Source of the DNA: an uncultured Acidobacteriaceae bacterium
GTDB taxonomy: Bacteria > Acidobacteriota > Terriglobia > Terriglobales > Acidobacteriaceae
DNA length: 45,895 nucleotides
Direction: 5' to 3'
Assembly: GCA_964245455.1 (NCBI GenBank)
Contig: CAXTMW010000003.1
Span: 711 to 46,605 of the forward strand
Shown here piece by piece: positions 10,230-17,465 of this stretch. The translations under genes were made by a program, and so were the position numbers. Numbering within the stretch: position 1 is the first letter of the stretch; each line of letters begins with the position of its first letter. Below the pieces are notes generated by a model, which was not told where the DNA came from, searched no databases, and saw nothing but the letters and a program-made list of their open reading frames with translations.

Positions 10230-10832
10230 CTACGGGTGCTCTAAGTCAACCGGCTCTCGCTCGACAGAAAGGTGCTCGCGGCGTAAGGTCACTACCTGGG
10301 TGTCGCGCTTTTCCGCTTCCCGTCTGGTCACGCGCACTTCTTCCTTCAGTACCAACTGTTTCGTCAAAACCATTCTTTCTTCAACAACGGGGTAGACAGT
10401 CGTATCGCCTTCCTGACGAACGGGCGGCGCCTCATCAACTACCTGGTTCAGCACCACGCGATCAATGTCGAAAGTGCGTACCGCAAGCGGTTCGTCCAGG
10501 TTCTCCTGATACGTTTGGATTGATTTCACCAAGCGAACTTTGCCGGTCGTGACCGTGCGTTTTGTCACCAGCAGCCGTTCCTCGATTAGGGGGATTGTCT
10601 CACCCTCCGGCTCCAGAACAGTGTCGGAGGCTAATGGCATCTCCTCTACAAGGGCGTCGGGCACGGCAGGGGAGCTTAGAAGCGTGGTGGACACGCGCAC
10701 GACCTGTCCGTCCGGCATCCACAACTCCGTATACGGATTTTCAAAGTCAATGGAACCGGAGCCAACAACTAAAATATTGCCTTGAGATTCAACGGAAAGC
10801 GCACTGCCGAACGATTGATCTGAGCTGCTCAT
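10230..10832 (-). CDS. YsnF/AvaK (DUF2382) domain protein
   Basis: IPLIEERLLVTKRTVTTGKVRL...PVVEERMVLTKQLVLKEEVRV...LRREHLSVER; GGAAGG RBS. Confidence 0.85.
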   Translation of the reverse strand: MSSSDQSFGSALSVESQGNILVVGSGSIDFENPYTELWMPDGQVVRVSTTLLSSPAVPDALVEEMPLASDTVLEPEGETIPLIEERLLVTKRTVTTGKVRLVKSIQTYQENLDEPLAVRTFDIDRVVLNQVVDEAPPVRQEGDTTVYPVVEERMVLTKQLVLKEEVRVTRREAEKRDTQVVTLRREHLSVEREPVDLEHP

Positions 10833-10852
10833 AAAATCCTTCCCAAGTGAAA

Positions 10853-10891
10853 CGGGCCAGTACCGCAGAGGTACTCTGCAGAGCTGACCCG
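10853..10891 (-). terminator. Intergenic stem-loop, possible weak terminator or processing site in the ysnF cluster
   Basis: CGGGCCAG...GCAGAG-GTA-CTCTGC...CTGACCCG, followed by TTTCACTT on the minus strand. Confidence 0.4.
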
Positions 10892-10909
10892 CGTGTCCTG
10901 CTCGACTAC

Positions 10910-11806
10910 TTAGTAACCGGACTTGATAGGTGTTGCTGTGCTGGTAGCGGCAGTAGTTGCGGCGTCGATCTTCTCCACCTCAACCTCTGTCTTGCGCACC
11001 GAGTCATGAACCTGTTCGGTCCGCTCGCTGCTCTGCTTCCCTACAAGCACTTCTTCCACCACTCGGCTCGACTTACCAACGACTGCCTCCTCGCCGGTAG
11101 CCCTCAGCTCGATCGCCGCTCCGCTGCCTGCCGCAAAGTCGGCGGCGGTAGCAGGACGGTTGACCGGGCGGCGCTCAACCTGCACGCGCTCCTCGTGCAG
11201 GGTGACACTCGCGTCTACCGGGCGCTCCGTTACATGAGAGTAAATTCGGACTCCGCCGCGCTCGACCTGCCGCTTGCCGACAACCAGCTGTTCCTCGATG
11301 ATCGGTATCGTAGTTTCGCCTGTCGCGCTTGCGACAGCGCCGGTATTTGCGAATTGGGACGAGCTTGAGGTCGGCATGGTGCTGCTGCTGCTCGACGCGT
11401 ACTCGCCTTCGATCTCTGTGGCGCCATGCTGTGTCAGCAGGTTGGCCACTTCCGCCGCCTGAGGATCATTGACGGTAACGGCAAGCAGCGCGCCGCCGGA
11501 GTTCACGCCTGTGGCGTAGTGCTGGTGGGCGGTGTCATCACCGCCGGTCAGGTTCCGGAAGAAGCTGCCAACTTTTTCGCCGATGCCGGCAGCGCCGCTC
11601 GACAAGGATCCATTTGACGAACCAGTCGACATGGACCCGCTCGACATAGACCCGCTCGAACTCGAAGCGCTTGATCCGGAAAGCTCTTCGTCATCATTTG
11701 CGACAACAGTGATATGTTGCGCTTCATAACCCTGGGCGACCAGCGCCTGCTTCACCTGCTGCGCCTTGGCATACGTGCTAAATAAACCAACGACTGTCTT
11801 TGACAT
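10910..11806 (-). CDS. YsnF/AvaK (DUF2382) protein with YflT-like general stress N-terminal domain
   Basis: KTVVGLFSTYAKAQ...YATGVNSGGALLAV N-domain; IPIIEEQLVVGKRQVERGGVRI...EEAVVGKSSRVVEEVLVGK...VRKTEVEVE; AAGGAG RBS. Confidence 0.9.
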   Translation of the reverse strand: MSKTVVGLFSTYAKAQQVKQALVAQGYEAQHITVVANDDEELSGSSASSSSGSMSSGSMSTGSSNGSLSSGAAGIGEKVGSFFRNLTGGDDTAHQHYATGVNSGGALLAVTVNDPQAAEVANLLTQHGATEIEGEYASSSSSTMPTSSSSQFANTGAVASATGETTIPIIEEQLVVGKRQVERGGVRIYSHVTERPVDASVTLHEERVQVERRPVNRPATAADFAAGSGAAIELRATGEEAVVGKSSRVVEEVLVGKQSSERTEQVHDSVRKTEVEVEKIDAATTAATSTATPIKSGY

Positions 11807-11847
11807 ACATCTCCTTTGAAGTGACTCTCGAGCATATTGCCCGGTAC

Positions 11848-12363
11848 TTACTGCTGCGAAAAAAGTTCAACCCGGCGATTGTCTGCTTTGCCGGCTGCGG
11901 TCGCGTTTGTGTTATCCGGATTAGATGGGCCAAAACCTCCACCGGTTAACCGGCTGCCATCAATCCCCTGCCCTTTGAGGAATTCCGCGACAGTAACCGC
12001 GCGCTGCTGAGAAAGCGTTGCGTTCGCCGGCAGGCTCCCGGTGCTGTCAGTGTATCCCTCAAGCCGCAGGTGAATGCCGGGATTGGACTTCATAACAGCT
12101 GCCGCCCTGAGCAGCGTCGCCTGTCCTTCCGGTGTGAGCGAAGCTTTGTTGGTATCGAAGTGAACGGTCCCGAGATCCGGAAGCGCGGCCGGGGCGGTCG
12201 ATTGCGCAGCTGCCGGAGGCGGTGGAGCACTTGCGGTGTTCGCGGGGCGGCGCGTCAGGAAATAAATGAGCAGTGCAAGAAGAAGCAGCAGAGGCAGAAG
12301 CCACGCCCAGATGGAAATGCCTTTCTTCTTCGTTTCTTCGTAAACCTTTACACGATCAGCCAT
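11848..12363 (-). CDS. Single-pass membrane protein with OmpA C-terminal peptidoglycan-binding domain
   Basis: N-terminal TM (IWAWLLPLLLLLALLIYFL), Pro/Ala linker, VHFDTNKASL...EGYTDSTG...NATLSQQRA...NRRVEL. Confidence 0.92.
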   Translation of the reverse strand: MADRVKVYEETKKKGISIWAWLLPLLLLLALLIYFLTRRPANTASAPPPPAAAQSTAPAALPDLGTVHFDTNKASLTPEGQATLLRAAAVMKSNPGIHLRLEGYTDSTGSLPANATLSQQRAVTVAEFLKGQGIDGSRLTGGGFGPSNPDNTNATAAGKADNRRVELFSQQ

Positions 12364-12430
12364 GGTTACAACTCCTGGTATCCGGTACGTCTAAGATGAA
12401 GCGCCTGTCCTGCCGATCTGTCCTGCAGAG

Positions 12431-13213
12431 CTAGAGATCGCGACGAGTGCCTTGCGAGGTGACGTCCGAGGCAAGTTCCGGCGCCATCTCCTCAACCTCT
12501 ACCTCTGTGCGGCGCACCGAATCGTGGATCTGCTCTGTCCGCTCGGTTGCGACCTTGCCGACACGCACTTCTTCAACAACCTGCGCGCTTTTCCCGACAA
12601 CCGCCTCTTCCGCAGTCTCGGTGAGCTCGATGGTGCGCTCCCCTTGTAACCGCAGGTCCTGGTCCGTCACCGGCCGGTCTACAGGGTGCCGCTCTACACT
12701 GACGTGCTGTTCCGTAAGGCGAATGGATTCCTCGACCGGCACCTCCACAACGCGGCGGTACACGCGAACCCCGCCTTTGTCCACGGCTCGCTTGCCGACG
12801 ACCAGCTCTTCTTCCACGATCGGAATTGATGCGGCAGCGGCTTCGGCAACCGGTGTCCGTACCGGAGGTACGGGTGCAACCGGGGTAGGACGAGCATCCG
12901 TGACAGCTTCGTCGATAACTTTTGAATGGTTCTGCTCAAATACAGTCTCAACGGCGCGCTCGTGCTCGCTGGTCGTTTTCACCGCGACGACCACGCCGCC
13001 CGATCGAACGCCTTCGCGAAGATGGTCGAGATCGCGCGTGGGAACGCCCAGGCTTTCGAGCGATGTGGAGGAAAACTCGGAGCTGCCGGAACCGTCATGG
13101 ACGAGCGAGATAGAGGATGCCGGAACACCGGCCCGCGTCAGGTCAGCAGTGGCAGCCTGCGCCAGCGTTGGATGGTGAAACAGACAGACAAGAGTAGTTA
13201 GATCGTCGTTCAT
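12431..13213 (-). CDS. YsnF/AvaK (DUF2382) protein with YflT-like N-terminal domain
   Basis: TLVCLFHH...EGVRSGGVVVAV; IPIVEEELVVGKRAVDKGGVRV...EEAVVGKSAQVVEEVRVGK...VRRTEVEVEE. Confidence 0.9.
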   Translation of the reverse strand: MNDDLTTLVCLFHHPTLAQAATADLTRAGVPASSISLVHDGSGSSEFSSTSLESLGVPTRDLDHLREGVRSGGVVVAVKTTSEHERAVETVFEQNHSKVIDEAVTDARPTPVAPVPPVRTPVAEAAAASIPIVEEELVVGKRAVDKGGVRVYRRVVEVPVEESIRLTEQHVSVERHPVDRPVTDQDLRLQGERTIELTETAEEAVVGKSAQVVEEVRVGKVATERTEQIHDSVRRTEVEVEEMAPELASDVTSQGTRRDL

Positions 13214-13703
13214 AGGGACAACCTCTGCTTTTCTGGGGTCAGGGACGGGAAATACTATTGAATCGGTAGGTCAGTTTAGGAACCGGGAGGGAAGGAGTAC
13301 CCGATTACGACACTGTTCAAGGCGATAGCCCGGCGACCTTCGGATCGATACCTGCAGTCGCGTACTACTCAGTCCATACGTTGCTCAGCAGTGGCGCTGA
13401 GTTGTCACAGCATCGCAAGAAAATTGAAATAGCTTTCGTGGCTGAAGTTTCAGGCGCATCGGCTATGCGGCATCAGCTCCGCTGCCGGGTCCTAGCTCAC
13501 TCCATTTTTGCCGTTGACTTCAACCACTCTCGTGGAGCGTCACGATCCAGCCAGGGCGAAACAGCGGTTCTCGGACGCAGTCAAAGATTACAGCCTGCAA
13601 CGGTCCAATGCGGAAACGCGGCGATGCCTTGGCCGGTGAGGAACGCGCCATGCCTGGTCTGACGCGAAGGTAACTCCGCAGGTAACTTCATGAAGACGGC
13701 TCG

Positions 13704-13910
13704 TTACTGAGGAGACTTGCTGTCCTGTAGAGGCAAGCTGACAGGTCGATCTACCTGGATCGGCGGCAAGGAAATGTTTCCGTCATCTGCTCGAACACTG
13801 AATAGGAACTGCGTGTGAAACAGCGTCACCGCACCGTTCGAAAAGGTGATGATGACACCCTCGTCTGTTCGATCGACATCGATAATGCTGAGCGGGCGCA
13901 TTTTACTCAT
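13704..13910 (-). CDS. Small hypothetical protein (~68 aa)
   Basis: Protein-like beta/alpha pattern (IIDVDRTDEGVIITFSNGAVTLFHTQFLF); GAGAG RBS before ATG 13910. Confidence 0.55.
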   Translation of the reverse strand: MSKMRPLSIIDVDRTDEGVIITFSNGAVTLFHTQFLFSVRADDGNISLPPIQVDRPVSLPLQDSKSPQ

Positions 13911-14342
13911 CAGTTCTCTCACCCTGAACTATTCATACCGTAAAGGTGTGGCTCCGATCAGTGCTGCAGCGAACATAGCTGGGTGGATCAATATCGCAGG
14001 CTTGTTCCGCGACTCATGGCAGGGAACCGCCCTTCTTGCTTTGCTCCCTTCAGCTTTGCCTGTTGCCGAGTTCACGAAGGAAGCCGGCTGCTGCTTGCAT
14101 CCGCCCCTTTGCGCAGACCCGCACGCGCACGAAAGTCGCTCAAGCAGGAACTGCCTTCTCCGCGTGTGGGGTAATGGTAATAAGGGTTCACTTCGCGATC
14201 GGGTCCGCTTGGAACAACTGCGTTCAGGTACTTCCGTGCTCTTACCCCGGCAGCCCCTCCCTGCTAGGGTTCTGGTGAGACCGCGTCTGCTGCGACGTCC
14301 AAAAGCAGAGAGCGCGGCGATCTTTGCCCGGAATGTTTAGCA

Positions 14343-15545
14343 GTGATTGTCAATTTCGTTGTGATCTTAAGTGCTTTGCTGGGCTTTTGCGCGCTCGGCT
14401 TTGAGATCGGCATGCTGGAGCTGAAGCGCCTCCAGTTGCAGCGTGCCGCGGACGCCGCCGCGCTTGGCGGCGCCTACGCCTTTGAACGCGGAAGCACCAA
14501 CTGGACCAGCGCGGCCATTGCTGACGCGGCATTGAACGGTTTTACCAACGGCGTCAACAACGTGAGCGTCACCGGCGTCTACGCCCCCACAAGCGGCCTA
14601 TTTACCAATAACAAGGTGGCTTTCCAGGTAACTGTCAGCCAGCAGGTAGCCACCATGTTCCAGACAGGCTCTTATACATTGAGCGCACAAGCGACGGCTC
14701 TTCTGCCGCCCTGTCTCTATCTAACCTCGACGAATACGAGCGCCGCAACCTACACCATCAACGGTTCCACCATGGTCATTCTTTGCTCCATGTATGTCGG
14801 GTACAACATCGACTACACGAATGGCGCCTATGTGAAGGTCCACGCGGCATATTTCGCCGGGCCGCCGGGGGCTTCCAACATCGTGGCTACTCCGCCTTTT
14901 CTTTTCAACTACCCACTCCAGCCGGATCCTCTTGCGTATATGGCAAGCCCGGCTTTTAGCCGCTGCGGGCCTAGTAGTAATACGAACATCGGATCGGCTA
15001 CAAGCAGTGTAACTACCAGCCTTTCACCGAACACATACTGCGGCGGCCTGACGATCACCAACAGCACCGTGACGCTTGCTCCTGGGCGCTATATCATCAC
15101 GGGCGGCATGACCCTGAACAACGCAACCCTGAATGGCACCGGTGTCACACTTTTCTTCACTACGTCGACCGGTACTTCCGGCTATGGCAAGTTTAGTGCG
15201 ACCAACGGCTCAACCCTTAATCTGTCGGCTCCTACCAGCACGGCGAACAACGGCATACCGGGAATCGTGATCTTTGGAGACAGAAACTGGGTCGACCCGG
15301 CAAACACGTCCAGCACCTCGCAGGACTTCACCTTGAATGGCTCCACGCTCAACGGCGACGGCATTATCTATCTCACCAATACGGGCATCAACTGCGTCGG
15401 TTGCAAGATGCAGGGCACGAACTACTTTGGGATCGTTGCGAGCAACATGAGCCTGAGCTCGAGTGCAAACGTGACCCTGAGCGGCGATTTCAGCTATGTT
15501 GCCGGCGGCAATCCCTTCCGGCCGAAGGAGTCGCTGGCGCAATGA
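14343..15545 (+). CDS. TadG-like Flp pilus pseudopilin/adhesin (5' end uncertain)
   Basis: N-terminal TM followed by the Tad motif LQLQRAADAAALGGA; Thr/Ser/Asn/Gly-rich beta region; ATGA-coupled to the next gene. Confidence 0.85.
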   Translation: MIVNFVVILSALLGFCALGFEIGMLELKRLQLQRAADAAALGGAYAFERGSTNWTSAAIADAALNGFTNGVNNVSVTGVYAPTSGLFTNNKVAFQVTVSQQVATMFQTGSYTLSAQATALLPPCLYLTSTNTSAATYTINGSTMVILCSMYVGYNIDYTNGAYVKVHAAYFAGPPGASNIVATPPFLFNYPLQPDPLAYMASPAFSRCGPSSNTNIGSATSSVTTSLSPNTYCGGLTITNSTVTLAPGRYIITGGMTLNNATLNGTGVTLFFTTSTGTSGYGKFSATNGSTLNLSAPTSTANNGIPGIVIFGDRNWVDPANTSSTSQDFTLNGSTLNGDGIIYLTNTGINCVGCKMQGTNYFGIVASNMSLSSSANVTLSGDFSYVAGGNPFRPKESLAQ

Positions 15546-15994
15546 ATTTTCTTTGTTCCGAGGAGGGCAGCAGCCTGCTGGAGTTCAGCTTGATTCTGCC
15601 GCTGGTGCTGCTCCTGTTTACCGGCGTCGTCGATCTCGGCTTTGCCGTGGCTGAGTCCATGAGCGTGGAAGACGCGGCACGCGCCGGCGCCGAATATGGT
15701 GCCCTGCCCGGAAAGGTGAGCGACTTTGCCGGCATGCAGACGGCAGCCCGGAATGCGGCTCCTGGCCTGACCACTCTCCAGGTCACCGCGAGCAACTGGT
15801 GCAGCTGTACCCCAAACGGCAGCCCGGCTCCCTGCACAAGCACCTGCACCGGCTCCGGGAACCCGGTGCAATATGTGCAGGTGCAGACGAGCGCTACGGT
15901 GAATACGGTCCTTGGCGTCAAGACAATTCTCAACTATACCGGGCTGCCGACAAGCCTTACCCTCCAGGGCTTTTCGGCCCTGCGCGTGCAATGA
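15542..15994 (+). CDS. TadE-like pseudopilin
   Basis: Prepilin motif EEG|SSLLEFSLILP, then AARAGAEYG; four-Cys loop; ATGA overlaps on both sides. Confidence 0.9.
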   Translation: MNFLCSEEGSSLLEFSLILPLVLLLFTGVVDLGFAVAESMSVEDAARAGAEYGALPGKVSDFAGMQTAARNAAPGLTTLQVTASNWCSCTPNGSPAPCTSTCTGSGNPVQYVQVQTSATVNTVLGVKTILNYTGLPTSLTLQGFSALRVQ

Positions 15995-16512
15995 GGAACG
16001 GTCGCTTTGCCGGCCTTGCCGGGGTGCATACGCGCAAGGTGTTTGTGCGCACGGCGGGCAGCTCCGATGAAGGCAAACCGCCCAGCCGATGCATCGTCTT
16101 TAAGAAAATTCTGACCCGCATCGCTGACAACAGCGGCAGCGTACTCGTGGAAACTGCACTGGTCCTCCCGTTTTACTTCTTGATCGTCTTCGGCCTGATC
16201 AGCTTTGCCATGATCTTCTTTGGCTACTGCAGCGCGACCTACGCCGCCAAGGCAGCCGTTCGCTACGCCGCCGTCCATAGCGAAGCCACCCTTTCGCCTT
16301 GCACCAGCAGCACCATCCAAACGATGGTGACGGCCAATCTTTGGGCGGTGCCGACCGGGGGAGTCACCATCACTTCGCAGTGGAGCCCGAGCAACTCCAT
16401 CGGAAGCGTGGTATCTGTGCAAATTAAGCTGAACTATGGATCCAACATGCCCTTTGTTAATCTGACAAATTTCGTCGGCACGGCGTCGTCTCAGGGCTAC
16501 GTCGTGTTCTAG
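15991..16512 (+). CDS. TadE-like pseudopilin
   Basis: NSG|SVLVETALVLP...AAKAAVRYAAVH; ATG overlaps the upstream TGA. Confidence 0.88.
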   Translation: MRNGRFAGLAGVHTRKVFVRTAGSSDEGKPPSRCIVFKKILTRIADNSGSVLVETALVLPFYFLIVFGLISFAMIFFGYCSATYAAKAAVRYAAVHSEATLSPCTSSTIQTMVTANLWAVPTGGVTITSQWSPSNSIGSVVSVQIKLNYGSNMPFVNLTNFVGTASSQGYVVF

Positions 16513-16566
16513 GACGAGTTTCGGCTCTTATCCCCTCAAGAGCTTTGTACGCGGTATCCTCGGCGG

Positions 16567-17382
16567 ATGGCAGCGACCCATCTCCTTCCCTTTTCTTTCA
16601 TGCACCACCTTCTGCTGTCAGCGTCGGCGCTCCAGCGTCTGTTAACGGCGTGCGCCCTGGGTGGCCTTATCGGCCTGGAGCGCGAGTGGCGCCACAAGGA
16701 CTCCGGCCTCCGAACCAACATGCTCATCTGCATGGGCTCGGCCCTGTTCACCATCATGAGCGCCGAGCTTGCCGGAGCTCTGACGCCGGACAAGAGCCGC
16801 GTCGCGTCCAACATCGTGCAGGGCATCGGTTTCCTGGGTGCAGGCCTTATTCTTCACACCAAAAATCGTGTGCTCGGGCTTACCAGCGCGGCCACCGTCT
16901 TTGTTGTCGCCGCCATCGGCATGACCTGCGGCGCGGGCCTGTACCTGGAAGGGCTGTTTGCGACCATGCTTCTCCTGCTGGCGCTGCAGGTCGTCGGCGC
17001 GGTGGAGCAGAAACTCGGGCGAAAGCGTTTCCCGCTCGTGTACGAAGTGCGGGCGAACCTGGACACGGCGCGAACAGATCTGGCGCGAACAAACCTGGCC
17101 CAAAGAGACCCAGCTCAAACAAACCCCGACCAGACCGGCGAAGCCGCCTCGCCTGCGGCCCGCGACATAGCCATGCGCCGCATGTTCACTGCTATCCTCA
17201 AGGTGCTCGATGCCGCGTCTCAGCGCCTTGACATTCTGAGCCATGACACTGTCGCGGGTCTGGAACGCGTGTCTTTCTCGATCATGGCCACACAAAAGAT
17301 GCACGCGCACATTCTGGCGCATCTCCGGGAAAGTGATGCGACGGACCAGGTGATTGTGTTTCGGGATCGCGAAGACGAGTAA
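16567..17382 (+). CDS. MgtC/SapB family membrane protein
   Basis: LGGLIGLERE...SGLRTNMLICMGSALF...SRVASNIVQGIGFLGAG...GLTSAA. Confidence 0.95.
   Translation: MAATHLLPFSFMHHLLLSASALQRLLTACALGGLIGLEREWRHKDSGLRTNMLICMGSALFTIMSAELAGALTPDKSRVASNIVQGIGFLGAGLILHTKNRVLGLTSAATVFVVAAIGMTCGAGLYLEGLFATMLLLLALQVVGAVEQKLGRKRFPLVYEVRANLDTARTDLARTNLAQRDPAQTNPDQTGEAASPAARDIAMRRMFTAILKVLDAASQRLDILSHDTVAGLERVSFSIMATQKMHAHILAHLRESDATDQVIVFRDREDE
17067..17126 (+). repeat. Four degenerate in-frame 15-nt tandem repeats inside the MgtC gene
   Basis: GGCGCGAACAGATCT GGCGCGAACAAACCT GGCCCAAAGAGACCC AGCTCAAACAAACCC, encoding ARTDL ARTNL AQRDP AQTNP. Confidence 0.75.
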
Positions 17383-17465
17383 CTCGCTGAAGAAAAATCT
17401 GTCTACTTCGCGCTATCCCAATTCCCTGTCTGTCCAGCCTTCCGCGAAGATTCGGGGCTGGTAAC

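Noticed and set aside
13551-13640. GGGCGAAAC...GGACGCA resembling a c-di-GMP-I riboswitch
   Set aside because: No GNRA-capped stem or GCAAAG/receptor pairing could be built.
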